A DNA stretch of 64,000 nt from Verrucomicrobiia bacterium (lineage in GTDB: Bacteria > Verrucomicrobiota > Verrucomicrobiia > Limisphaerales > UBA1319). Shown here in pieces: positions 9,344-18,898 of this stretch (position 1 is the stretch's first letter; every line of letters starts with the position of its first letter). The translations under genes and the position numbers were made by a program. Where the stretch lies: NCBI GenBank assembly GCA_963664225.1, contig OY760937.1:864001-928000 (forward strand), written 5' to 3'. The notes under the pieces are model-generated. The model was not told where the DNA came from and did not search any database. It saw only the letters and a program-made list of their open reading frames with translations.

Positions 9344-11956
9344 ATGAAAAGCGCAACGGATAATCAATTGAGGAGGCATCCCTTGTTGGGACTGCCGGGC
9401 GCGTTGGCCATTTTGGTCGTTCCATTGATCTGGCTTTTCCACACGAGTTTCGCATCGGATCAGGTGCTGTTCTCCAACGACGGTCCGCTGGGTGTGCTGG
9501 TGGCGGCGGCGCAGGATGGGTTTTCATCGTTCAAGGGAGTCTGGCTGGGCTTGAACTGGCTGGGCATTCAACAGCCGAGCGCCTTGCCTGATTTCACGCA
9601 GGCCATTTACGGGCTCCTGGGGCCGGGGATTTTTGGTGACGCGGGTCCGATTAATTTTGCCAAATTTTACGCCCCTCTCTCTTTGTTGATTCTCGGAGGA
9701 TGCGCCTGGTTTTATTTTCGAACACTTGGTTTTGCGTCCGCAGTCTGTGTGTTAGGAGGACTGGCGGCGGCATTGAATTCCAATTTCTTCTCGAACGCCT
9801 GCTGGGGCCTTCCCACACGCGCATTGACGCTCGCGAATGTCTTTCTGGCGCTGGCAGCCATCGACGGGATGAAATCGGGGCGTCCATATTTAAAAGCAGC
9901 GCTGGCGGGTGTGGCCATTGGACTTTCCCTGATGGAGGGCTATGACGTGGCCGCGATATTCAGTGTGTATGTGGCCGCATATTGCCTGTTGGTTGCCTTA
10001 AACGAGTCCGGAACGGCGGGCAGGCGGTGGGCGTCTGGAGTGGCGCGCATTGCGGTGATGGCCGTGTTTGCCGCGATTGTAGCGGCTCAGGCACTCAGCA
10101 CGCTGGTGGGCACGCAGGTCAAAGGCATCGTTCAAACCAATCAATCCGCCAAATCGAGCGAGGCCAACTGGAGTTGGGCCACTCAGTGGAGTCTGCCGAA
10201 GTTGGAGGCGCTCCGGGTGGTGATTCCGGGATTGTATGGGTATCGCATGGAAACACCTGACGGGGGCAAGTATTGGGGAACCGTGGGGCGGCAACCGGGG
10301 TGGGAAGAGCATCATCAGGGATTTTCGCGGTATTCCGGGGCGGGTGAATATGCGGGCGTTTTTGTGGTTCTGATTGCGATGTGGGCGGTGGCGCAGGCGG
10401 CCCGGCGCCGAGGCGGTCCATTTGACCGGGCCGGAAGGCGAGTCATTCTGTTTTGGGCGGTTGCGGGCGTTGTTTCAATGCTGATCGCTTTCGGCCGGCA
10501 TGCCCCGTTCTACAGTGTGCTCTATGCTCTGCCATTTTCCTCGTTGATTCGCGGGCCATTGAAATTCATGCATATTTTTCATCTGGGTTTGATGATTTTA
10601 TTTGCCCACGGACTTAACGATTTATTCCGGCGGTACTTTGCCGGGGGATCGGCGACGAGCTTACTTGTCACCGACCATGTGAAGAAGTGGTGGTCGGGGG
10701 TGGACGGGTTCGACCGGAAGTGGGTTTATGGGTGTTTCGGGGCCATTTTGTTGAGTCTGGCTGGATTGTTGGTGTATGCCTCATCGGGGCCTGGAGTGGA
10801 GCGCTATTTGATATCAGGAGGATTCTCGCCTGAGGATGCAAAGCTCATTATTCGCCACAGCATCAGCGAGGTTGTATTATTTTGCGCTCTTCTCATCATG
10901 GCAGTTGTTGCGGTTGTGGTCATTCTAAGTGGCTATTTGAAGGGAACCCGCGCACGTTGGGGGTTGGTAATGCTGGGAGTGTTGCTGGTCGGTGATCTGG
11001 TTCACGCGAATACACCATGGGTGATCTATTATGATTACAAGGCCAAATATGCCACAAATCCGGTGATCGATGTTCTTCGCGCAAAGCCATGGGAACAACG
11101 AGTCAGCGCGCCGCCATTTCTTTCCAGTCCGCAGGCTCCCTATTTTCCCGCCATTTGCAATGATTGGTTGCAGCAGCATTTCCAATATTACCGCATCCAA
11201 TCTCTCGATGTGAGCCAGATGGCGCGGGAGCCGGTGGATCACAAGGCGTATATGGCGTTGTTCGACGAGGCATCGAAGATGCCGAGACTCTGGGAATTAA
11301 CGAATACGCGTTATCTGCTGGGCATGGCTGGATTCGCCGAGGTGTTAAATGCGCAATTGGATCCGGGGAAGAAGAGATTTCGCGTGCATACCGCATTTGA
11401 GTTTGCCCAGGGAGCCGATGGCGCGATCAGCACCGTGATCAAGCCTGATGGCAACTTCGCCATTCTTGAGTTTATGGGAGCGCTTCCGCGGGTAAAACTG
11501 TACCGGCATTGGCAGGTCACGACGAATGATGAGGCCACGCTTTCCGCGCTCGTGAAACCGGAGTTCGATCCTGCGGGCGTGGTGCTGGTGGCCGACGAAG
11601 TTGCCGAAAAGAGCCCCGCCGCGCAGGAGGGCGATGCAGGGACCATTGAAATCAAGGATTATAAATCCAAACGGGTGGAGGTGTCGGCAAATGCGGTTGC
11701 GTCCTCGGTGTTGCTGCTCAACGACCGTTATGATGCGAATTGGAAAGTGTCGGTGGACGGCCAGCCGGAGAAGGTTTTGAGATGCAATTATCTCATGCGG
11801 GGTGTTTTTCTGAAGCCCGGACAGCACACCGTTGTGTTTCAGTTCGACCCTTCTTTGAATGCCTTGTATGTGAGCATTGCGGGCCTGTGCGCAGGTTTGC
11901 TCATGTGCGGCATTCTTTTGATTTCCCCGCGACGATCAGCACCCGGCAATCAATAA
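9344..11956 (+). CDS. Polytopic membrane protein, YfhO-like / GT-C glycosyltransferase superfamily
   Basis: Many hydrophobic segments, conserved-looking FSNDGPLG loop after TM1, C-terminal LLLNDRYDANWKVSVDG...NYLMRGVFL.PGQHTVVF typical of YfhO C-termini. Confidence 0.72.
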   Translation: MKSATDNQLRRHPLLGLPGALAILVVPLIWLFHTSFASDQVLFSNDGPLGVLVAAAQDGFSSFKGVWLGLNWLGIQQPSALPDFTQAIYGLLGPGIFGDAGPINFAKFYAPLSLLILGGCAWFYFRTLGFASAVCVLGGLAAALNSNFFSNACWGLPTRALTLANVFLALAAIDGMKSGRPYLKAALAGVAIGLSLMEGYDVAAIFSVYVAAYCLLVALNESGTAGRRWASGVARIAVMAVFAAIVAAQALSTLVGTQVKGIVQTNQSAKSSEANWSWATQWSLPKLEALRVVIPGLYGYRMETPDGGKYWGTVGRQPGWEEHHQGFSRYSGAGEYAGVFVVLIAMWAVAQAARRRGGPFDRAGRRVILFWAVAGVVSMLIAFGRHAPFYSVLYALPFSSLIRGPLKFMHIFHLGLMILFAHGLNDLFRRYFAGGSATSLLVTDHVKKWWSGVDGFDRKWVYGCFGAILLSLAGLLVYASSGPGVERYLISGGFSPEDAKLIIRHSISEVVLFCALLIMAVVAVVVILSGYLKGTRARWGLVMLGVLLVGDLVHANTPWVIYYDYKAKYATNPVIDVLRAKPWEQRVSAPPFLSSPQAPYFPAICNDWLQQHFQYYRIQSLDVSQMAREPVDHKAYMALFDEASKMPRLWELTNTRYLLGMAGFAEVLNAQLDPGKKRFRVHTAFEFAQGADGAISTVIKPDGNFAILEFMGALPRVKLYRHWQVTTNDEATLSALVKPEFDPAGVVLVADEVAEKSPAAQEGDAGTIEIKDYKSKRVEVSANAVASSVLLLNDRYDANWKVSVDGQPEKVLRCNYLMRGVFLKPGQHTVVFQFDPSLNALYVSIAGLCAGLLMCGILLISPRRSAPGNQ

Positions 11957-11966
11957 ACAGCAAGTC

Positions 11967-12725
11967 ATGGGACATCAGGAGACATACCGGCAAAACGAGG
12001 ATTACGCGAAGTTTCTCTCTGGGTGGGAGGAGGGATTTTACGCGAAGTACGCCGATTATTTACAGCCATCCAACCCGGGGGCCAGTGTGCTGGATGTGGG
12101 GTGCGGGGTGGGGCAGGTTGTGGCCCGATTGGAGAGGAAGGGATTCGAGGCCTACGGTGTGGATGTCTCCGAACCCAATGTTAAAAGGGCGAGGGAGGCA
12201 TGCCCGCGCTGTCAGCTTTACGATGGGAAGAAGTTGCCTTTTCCTGATGGCCATTTCGCAAGCGCGGGGGCGTTTAATGTCCTGGAACATGTGGAGCAAC
12301 CGGAGGCGTTCATTTCGGAATTGGTGCGCGTGGTGGTTCCGGGAGGGAAGGTGTTGATATCGAGCCCGAATTTTTTCCGGGTTGTTGGTTTTCGGGACTA
12401 TCATCCACGTATGCGCGGATTGGCCAATAAATGGCGCAACGGTTTACGCTTGCGTGAAAAATGGAGGCAGATGACTGCTGCGGCTGACGAGGTGCGTTTT
12501 GACCATATGCCGCCCATTGTGCGAACGCCGTTTAATCCGGATGATGATGCGATCATTGCCACAAATGGCCTGGAAATCAGGTTTTTTTTGGAGCGCGCGG
12601 GATGTCGGGTGGAACATGTTTTTTGCACGGACCGGTATGTTTCGAAGCCACTGGATTTGTTGCTGAACGCGACCGCATTGCGTCATGTCATGTTCAACGC
12701 GTTTGTGGTTGCCCGGAAGAAATGA
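11967..12725 (+). CDS. Class I SAM-dependent methyltransferase
   Basis: VLDVGCGVG, GVDVS, LPFPDGHF, NVLEHV. Confidence 0.9.
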   Translation: MGHQETYRQNEDYAKFLSGWEEGFYAKYADYLQPSNPGASVLDVGCGVGQVVARLERKGFEAYGVDVSEPNVKRAREACPRCQLYDGKKLPFPDGHFASAGAFNVLEHVEQPEAFISELVRVVVPGGKVLISSPNFFRVVGFRDYHPRMRGLANKWRNGLRLREKWRQMTAAADEVRFDHMPPIVRTPFNPDDDAIIATNGLEIRFFLERAGCRVEHVFCTDRYVSKPLDLLLNATALRHVMFNAFVVARKK

Positions 12726-12747
12726 GATTTCCGCGGATTTCTGAGCC

Positions 12748-13320
12748 ATGAAGCGCCGCTGGAATATTGTGCTGGCCGGAATGCTGGTTCTGGATATCGG
12801 GATTGGCTGTTGGTGGTGGCATCGATGGAAGGAGCATCGATATGACAAGGTGATTTATGCGGCCGCCGTTCAATATGGCATCGCACCTGAGCTGGTCAAG
12901 GCGGTGGTTTGGAAGGAGAGTCGGTTTAACGCCCAGGCGCGGGGGCGCGCGGGGGAATATGGACTGATGCAGATCCGTGACGCCGCAGCCAACGAATGGG
13001 CTGCTGCTGAACACCTGAGCGTTTTTCACCCAGTGCTATTGCTGGATCCCGGGACCAACACAAGAGCGGGCGCGTGGTATTTGCGCAAACTTCTGCGGCG
13101 ATATACCAATTCCGATAATGCGGTGGTTTATGCGCTGGCGGATTATAATGCGGGTCGCGGCAATGTCCTGCGCTGGTATAAAGGCCAGGCCGTTACGAAC
13201 AGCAGCGCGTTTTTGGAATTGATGGATTTTTCCACCACCGCTCAATACATTAACGAGATTCTCAGAAAACAAGTGGAGTATCAGGGCAGCTTTCCTGCCA
13301 CGCGGTCCAGCAAACCATAG
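12748..13320 (+). CDS. Soluble lytic transglycosylase (SLT) domain protein, membrane anchored
   Basis: KAVVWKESRFN (catalytic Glu), GLMQI, ALADYNAGRGNV, N-terminal TM. Confidence 0.9.
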   Translation: MKRRWNIVLAGMLVLDIGIGCWWWHRWKEHRYDKVIYAAAVQYGIAPELVKAVVWKESRFNAQARGRAGEYGLMQIRDAAANEWAAAEHLSVFHPVLLLDPGTNTRAGAWYLRKLLRRYTNSDNAVVYALADYNAGRGNVLRWYKGQAVTNSSAFLELMDFSTTAQYINEILRKQVEYQGSFPATRSSKP

Positions 13321-13510
13321 GTTTTAAGGCAGATCAAGGTGTGCAAGTTAACTGGCGCAGAGGGTGGCAAAAGCGCGGCAGTGACGCTGATTCAGCCGGA
13401 TTACGAGTGTGTAATGGGCCGTCTCTAAAAAGGGAAGGCGCCGAAAAATCGAATCGTGAAATCTGTGGTTGCATTGCTCAGTGGAATCGAATAGATAAAT
13501 TACGTTCGTT

Positions 13511-13584
13511 GCGGGTGTGGTCCAATGGTAGAATGCGGGCTTCCCAAGCCTGAGACGAGGGTTCGATTCCCTTCACCCGCTCCA
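13511..13584 (+). tRNA. tRNA-Gly(CCC)
   Basis: GCGGGTGTGGTCCAATGGTAGAATGCGGGCTTCCCAAGCCTGAGACGAGGGTTCGATTCCCTTCACCCGCTCCA; anticodon CCC, CCA end. Confidence 0.96.
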
Positions 13585-13663
13585 ATTTTTAAAGAGATTG
13601 GATCCCTCAGCCACAACAAGTTACAACGATTTTCCATTTATACACATACGTCCCATCGCTCCG

Positions 13664-13681
13664 TGTGACAAAAATGTGACA
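13664..13681 (+). promoter_or_regulatory. TGTGACA-AAAA-TGTGACA direct repeat, candidate integrase arm-type binding site
   Basis: Perfect 7-bp direct repeat at 11-bp period between tRNA-Gly and the integrase start. Confidence 0.45.
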
Positions 13682-13725
13682 GAAGGAATCTCCCAAAGCT
13701 CAAAAAAGTCTTTTCTGGAGGTCGC

Positions 13726-14997
13726 ATGAAAAAAAATGCGATCACTGAACCAGAGGAGTTTCCGGTGTATGTCACCGGCGATCCCACAAACATCACCATT
13801 TACAAAGAAACCCACGACGGGGAATGCCGTTACATGGTTTCTTATTATGACGCCGCGTGCAGCCGTCATCGGCGGCGGTGCTCCACTTATGCGACAGCAG
13901 ATGCCTGTGCCGCAAAACTTAAAAAGGAGATCAAAGCAGGCGGCTGGGATTTGCTGACCCTCCGGGGCGCTGAAAAGCATTCGTATGAGCGTGCCTGGGA
14001 ACTTTTGCGTCCGTGCTCCACACCGCTGGATTTGGCCATCCATGAATACATGGAGGCGAGCAAAGTCCTCAACGGTTTCGGCCTGATGGAAGCCGCGAGG
14101 GCTTTTATCCAGCGCCAGGCGGATAAAGTGACGCCCAAACTTGTGGTCGAGATCGTGCCGGAACTCATTGACGATCTAAAACGGAAGGGCCGTTCAAAAT
14201 TTTATCTGCGCGATTTAAGGACGCGGCTGGGACGGTTTCGAGAGAAGTACTCCTGTCCGCTGTCCTCAATATCCACAGCGGAGATCGACAATTACATCCA
14301 CAATCTTGGGGGCAAGGAACGATACAGGAACAATGTGCTGCAAGCGATTGGCGCCCTGTTCACTTTCGGAAGGAAGCGAGGATACGCTGCTCGTGACCAC
14401 CGGGGTGTCAGCGAAGTCACGCGATACGAGATCAGAGGCAAAGAAATCGAAGTCTTAACTCCGGCGGAATTGGAAAAAATGCTCCTGAAGGCCAATCCGC
14501 AGGTGCAACTTGCGTTGGCGCTGACCTGTTTTGCAGGAGTCCGTGGTTCTGAATTGGGACGACTGGATTGGAAGGACGTCAATTTCGAGGCTGGTTTTAT
14601 CCGCGTCAAGGCTGCCAGCTCCAAAACCGGAATGCGCCGCGTCCCTCCGATCCCAGACAACCTGCGCGCTTGGTTGATGCTCCACCGCAAGGAGTCAGGG
14701 CCGATTGTCCCTTATAAAAATATTTACAATCAATATCCCAAAGTCGCCAGCAAGGCTGGAATCCAATGGAAACGCAATGGTCACCGGCACGGATTTGCAT
14801 CCTATAGATCGGCCTTAATCAAGAACCTTGAGCAGGTTGCGATCGAAGCCGGCCACAGCAAGCAAATGCTCCTGTCGAATTATTTCCAGGTGGTCTCCGA
14901 GCAGGATGCCAAGGCTTGGTTTTCGATATTTCCACCAGGACATCCAAAGCCCATGCCGCCACAACTGGCCACGCTGGAGCCGTCACCGACACATTAA
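13726..14997 (+). CDS. Tyrosine recombinase / phage-type integrase
   Basis: Catalytic set visible: AGVRGSEL (R), SSKTG (K), NGHRHGFASY (R), EAGHS (H), SNYFQ (Y). Confidence 0.9.
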   Translation: MKKNAITEPEEFPVYVTGDPTNITIYKETHDGECRYMVSYYDAACSRHRRRCSTYATADACAAKLKKEIKAGGWDLLTLRGAEKHSYERAWELLRPCSTPLDLAIHEYMEASKVLNGFGLMEAARAFIQRQADKVTPKLVVEIVPELIDDLKRKGRSKFYLRDLRTRLGRFREKYSCPLSSISTAEIDNYIHNLGGKERYRNNVLQAIGALFTFGRKRGYAARDHRGVSEVTRYEIRGKEIEVLTPAELEKMLLKANPQVQLALALTCFAGVRGSELGRLDWKDVNFEAGFIRVKAASSKTGMRRVPPIPDNLRAWLMLHRKESGPIVPYKNIYNQYPKVASKAGIQWKRNGHRHGFASYRSALIKNLEQVAIEAGHSKQMLLSNYFQVVSEQDAKAWFSIFPPGHPKPMPPQLATLEPSPTH

Positions 14998-15025
14998 GCG
15001 GCTATTCGCTTAAAAGCAGGCCTAA

Positions 15026-15064
15026 AATCCCAGTCATCCGTCAAGGTGACTGGGATTCATTTTT
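15026..15064 (+). terminator. Intrinsic terminator after integrase
   Basis: AATCCCAGTCA...TGACTGGGATT stem followed by CATTTTT. Confidence 0.7.
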
Positions 15065-15100
15065 GGGCGCGAGGTTAAAAAAAACCGGTCCTTACGAGGC

Positions 15101-15559
15101 ATGGATAATAATTGTGCCTTGGAACCAGCGGTGGTCGCACCTGTCACGGATGGAAGAGAGCGTGATTGCGCCATTACGAAGTCGGGTGAGATTCGCCTTA
15201 GAACACGACTCGAAGCGGCGGATTTCCTGAAAATCAGCCTGAATACGATCGATCGCCTTCGATACCAGCGTAAACTGGCGTTTTACCAGATCGGTGGTTC
15301 CATCAGGTTTGGCGACTGGGATTTGATGGAGTTCGTGACAGATAATCTGATAATGCCGGAACAGCTTTTCCATGACCAAAACCGCATCCTGAACAAGGCG
15401 GACCTTGCTCGGTTTTTAAACCTGTCCACGCGCAGCGTAGAGCACCTGGTGCTCGATAAACGCCTGTGGCACCGTAAAACAGGCCGGATAGTGCGATTTC
15501 ATCTCGGCGATGTGCTGAGACAGTTGGCGAACAATTTCCGTGTAGCGGCGCAATCTTGA
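15101..15559 (+). CDS. Excisionase-like protein with two tandem helix-turn-helix (HTH_17/MerR-like) domains
   Basis: TRLEAADFLKISLNTIDRLRYQRKLAFYQIGGSIRF and NKADLARFLNLSTRSVEHLVLDKRLWHRKTGRIVRF. Confidence 0.78.
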   Translation: MDNNCALEPAVVAPVTDGRERDCAITKSGEIRLRTRLEAADFLKISLNTIDRLRYQRKLAFYQIGGSIRFGDWDLMEFVTDNLIMPEQLFHDQNRILNKADLARFLNLSTRSVEHLVLDKRLWHRKTGRIVRFHLGDVLRQLANNFRVAAQS

Positions 15560-15770
15560 GGCTAAAACAGGCAAGAGACATCCCACATTTGTTTTTCATA
15601 AAAACGCCGGAGGCTAATGATCGATTAGCCTGCCATGTAGTGCATGCAATTTCACAGCCGATGGCGTGGGTTTAAGACTAAAACTCGAGCAGTATTCCCT
15701 CAGCGAGGACCAAGGTGAGAGAGTGAAAAAATGCCTGTTCAAGTAAACAGAAATTAAAGAGATTCGAAGG

Positions 15771-16667
15771 ATGCCAATTCCAGAATTCAACGAGATCAAA
15801 GCACCGGCTCTTCAGTTTTTTGCCGACGACAGTCAGCACAAGGTATCAGAGGTGTACCAGATTCTCGCGAAGCAATTTAACCTTACGGAAGACGAACAGA
15901 ACGAGATGCTCCCCAGTGGAACTCAGCGCCGTTGGCACAATCGCGCCAATTGGGCCTGCTATGACCTTTTCCGTGCTGGCCTGCTCGATCTCCCAAAGAG
16001 GGGATACTATGCAATCACAGAAATTGGACGAAAGCTTGCTGAGCAAAAGCCAAAGTACATTGACCGGGAATTCTTGATGCAATTTCCGCAGTTCGCCCAA
16101 TTCTCACAGACAACTGGCACAAAGAGGCCGACTCCTGAGGGCAAAAGCAAGACCCCGGAGGAGTTGATCGATTCGGCGTATCAAATGCTCCAAGACACCT
16201 TGAAAAAGGATGTTTTGGATCTTGTGAAGAAGATGGACCCTTACCGTTTTGAGCAACTTGTTCTCGATTTGCTGGTAGCCATGGGTTACGGCGGATCAAG
16301 AGAGGAGGCCGCACATGTGACCAAAGCATCGAACGACGAAGGGATTGATGGAGTCATAAATGAGGATCGACTCGGTCTGGATGTCATTTACCTTCAGGCG
16401 AAACGCTGGGCACAACCTGTGGGGCGCAAAGAAATTCAGAGCTTTGTAGGGGCGCTGGCAGGTCAGCAGGCGCACAAGGGCGTGTTCATTACCACCAGCG
16501 ATTTCGCAGATACTGCGACTGAGTATGCAAAAAAAGTGTCGCAAAAGGTCATCTTGATTGGTGGCGACAGGTTGGCGGACCTCATGATTCAACATGATAT
16601 TGGTGTTTCCAGTGCTCATGTATACGCGATCAAACATGTTGATAGTGATTATTTCGAGCAAGAATGA
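15771..16667 (+). CDS. mrr: Mrr family type IV restriction endonuclease
   Basis: Mrr_N (MPIPEF...LPSG...NRANWA...L.RAGL) plus catalytic FEQLVLDLLVAMGYGG, DEGIDGVI.EDRLGLD.IYLQAKRW, GVFITTS. Confidence 0.93.
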   Translation: MPIPEFNEIKAPALQFFADDSQHKVSEVYQILAKQFNLTEDEQNEMLPSGTQRRWHNRANWACYDLFRAGLLDLPKRGYYAITEIGRKLAEQKPKYIDREFLMQFPQFAQFSQTTGTKRPTPEGKSKTPEELIDSAYQMLQDTLKKDVLDLVKKMDPYRFEQLVLDLLVAMGYGGSREEAAHVTKASNDEGIDGVINEDRLGLDVIYLQAKRWAQPVGRKEIQSFVGALAGQQAHKGVFITTSDFADTATEYAKKVSQKVILIGGDRLADLMIQHDIGVSSAHVYAIKHVDSDYFEQE

Positions 16668-16694
16668 TTAGAAGTCGAATCATCCGCCGTTTCT

Positions 16695-18731
16695 CTATTT
16701 CAGCGCAAGGCCGTCGAGCCAGATTCGCAGGGGTGGAGCGCCCCAGGAGTCGAAGCCAAGGGTCAGGTAGTTGAGGGTTTGAAGTTCCGTGCCTTCGCGT
16801 TGCCACTGGTTGTCACCGGCCAGAGGGACGACAATGTAGGTCCATCCCTCGCGCGCTTCGTTGTAGGGCGGCTGGGACAGGAGATCGGTTTTTGCGGTGA
16901 GTCTTGCGAATCTGGTCTCTGATTCATGCAGGGTTACAACCGGGTTGGGGCCTTGCCACGAAGGCACGTTTTCATTGATTGTCTTCAGCCAGAAAACGAG
17001 GTGCTTTTTTCCTGCAAGCGATAAGCCGGCTCGTCTGGATTTTGGGAAAAGGAGGCTTACCCGCTCGCCGCCATACGGCTGCACCATGGCAAACAGCGCG
17101 GTGCGGCCGCTGATCTTTGTCTGGCGGTCGTCGCTGAACTTCACGGTCGATTGCGGATCGATCCAATCCCACTGGCTGGCTTCTGCTTCGGTGCCGAGTT
17201 CGTCGATGTTCTCAACGACATAGAAATCGCGCCAGGCCAGATCGGATAACAGTCCGTTGTTCACGGTCAGGCCCACGCGGTAGAATCCGGGTTGTTTGAA
17301 GGCATGGGTGATTCGCGGCTGAGTCAGGATGGTTCCGTCACCCAAATCCCATCTGAACCGAAGTTGGTGTGCGGAGGGGTCAGTGCTTTTGGAGGCATCC
17401 AGCTCCACATTTCGGCCCACTTTTGCCATGGAGGGGCCGACCAGTATCGCCTTTGGCGCGAGGGTAATGCCGGAAACATCGGGTGCAACGATCAGATTAG
17501 TCACGCCCCCGGCGTTCTGGACATTGCCGTCCTGGTTGGATTTGAAGACATTGGCCCCGAGGTTAATCCAGTCGGAATACTGGATGTAGAGGCCCCAGCG
17601 GTTGGATGCGAGTGTGTTTTGCTCGATGATCCAGTGTTGGGCCTTCCACTTCGCGCCCTGGGTTTCGATATCGCCAATCAGCGCGATGCCGGCACCGTTG
17701 TTGCCGACGCATTTGTTGCCGCGGGCGATGGTGTGACTCGATGGCCCGAACATGAACACGATTCCCGCGTGTCCCTTGCCGGGCAGGTGAGGCGAATTGT
17801 GCATGCCGTCCGGGAGTCCGTTGTAGGAGGCCTCGTTGTCGATGAGCACTGTTTTATCCGAGGCGCCCAGCCAGAAGCCGTAGCTGCCGTGGCTGGCCTT
17901 GTTGCGGATGTAAGTGTTGTTTGGGGACCAGGCTTCGATGCAGTTGTTGTTGGCGTAGGAGCAGTCGTTGTTTTCAAAGAGGTTGCCTGTGCTGACCCAG
18001 CCGTTGAGGACCCGCACGAAGATGCCGTCACCGCCGTGGCTGCAGTCGTTGCCGGTCATGCGGTTGTCGTTGGATCCACTCTCGATCAGCACGCTGGTGG
18101 AATCGCGGGCATGGACTTCGCCGGGTTTGATGCGGATACCGTAACTGAGGTTGTTATTTGTGATGCGGTTTCGGCAGGAGTTCCAGAGTTTCAGGCAGGT
18201 GTCGGAAGTGTGGGAAAAGTCGTTGTTTTCGATGGTGTTGTCATTGGAATCCACGATGACGCAGGCATCCCAGACGCGGTTGGCCTTGCAGTTGCGAATC
18301 ACCGTGTGGCGGGCGTTGGTCAGAACGATGCCGCCGCGTCGGCCGTTCTCGCCCCAGCCGAATTCTGGATCGGTGAAATTGTCGGAGAAGTCGCAATGCT
18401 CGATCACCCACTCGGACACATTCTTGAGGGCCAGACCGGTCTCCCAGCCTTTGGCGTTCAGGTTTTTGAGCACGACGTTGGTCACGCCTTGAGCCTGGAT
18501 TCCCACGCCGGTGAACGATGCGGGGTTGCCCTGTGTGACTCCAATCACCCATGCGCCCCGGCCGTCGATTTTGACATTCGAGGATTTGATGACGAGCGGG
18601 CCGTAGGTTCTGTTCGGATCGAGGATGGTGTCTTTCGTGATCTCCAGAATGTTGGTGTCCGCCGCGGCGGTCGGGTGCATTCCCAGGAGTAGGATGAACA
18701 GGGCCAGCAGTTCTGCTGTAGCGCGGGACAT
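16695..18731 (-). CDS. Secreted right-handed parallel beta-helix protein with PKD domain (probable polysaccharide-active enzyme)
   Basis: Signal peptide from ATG 18731; repeated N-rich beta-helix coils (NDNTIENND, NRITNNN, NLFENND); PKD motif LDASKSTDP...WDLGDG...H.F..PG.Y.V.LTV. Confidence 0.8.
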   Translation of the reverse strand: MSRATAELLALFILLLGMHPTAAADTNILEITKDTILDPNRTYGPLVIKSSNVKIDGRGAWVIGVTQGNPASFTGVGIQAQGVTNVVLKNLNAKGWETGLALKNVSEWVIEHCDFSDNFTDPEFGWGENGRRGGIVLTNARHTVIRNCKANRVWDACVIVDSNDNTIENNDFSHTSDTCLKLWNSCRNRITNNNLSYGIRIKPGEVHARDSTSVLIESGSNDNRMTGNDCSHGGDGIFVRVLNGWVSTGNLFENNDCSYANNNCIEAWSPNNTYIRNKASHGSYGFWLGASDKTVLIDNEASYNGLPDGMHNSPHLPGKGHAGIVFMFGPSSHTIARGNKCVGNNGAGIALIGDIETQGAKWKAQHWIIEQNTLASNRWGLYIQYSDWINLGANVFKSNQDGNVQNAGGVTNLIVAPDVSGITLAPKAILVGPSMAKVGRNVELDASKSTDPSAHQLRFRWDLGDGTILTQPRITHAFKQPGFYRVGLTVNNGLLSDLAWRDFYVVENIDELGTEAEASQWDWIDPQSTVKFSDDRQTKISGRTALFAMVQPYGGERVSLLFPKSRRAGLSLAGKKHLVFWLKTINENVPSWQGPNPVVTLHESETRFARLTAKTDLLSQPPYNEAREGWTYIVVPLAGDNQWQREGTELQTLNYLTLGFDSWGAPPLRIWLDGLALK

Positions 18732-18898
18732 GATTCTTCCAACCGCCAACAAAGACGGCGTTTTAAGGGGCCTTTCAGCGAACAGAAGGATATTGGCCTG
18801 CAGCTGTTCCGCTGGGAGATGCGTTGGAGTCAGCCGGATCAAGCGGTCGAATGTTTTGCTCGTCGTCATGGGATTCGTAACGTTGTGCCAGATAGGGA

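Larger units (their letters stand above)
13585..16667 (+). mobile_element. tRNA-Gly-anchored integrative island or remnant (integrase, excisionase-like HTH, Mrr); right boundary uncertain
   Basis: Integrase starts ~140 bp after the tRNA 3' end; arm-site-like TGTGACA direct repeat; lower GC by eye; no second copy of the tRNA 3' end found. Confidence 0.7.

Noticed and set aside
17292..18692. Long antisense ORFs (also 22607-23989, 29012-30064, 31545-32837, 49492-50847, 53833-54783)
   Set aside because: Shadow frames opposite well-supported genes in GC-rich DNA, with no recognisable motifs.
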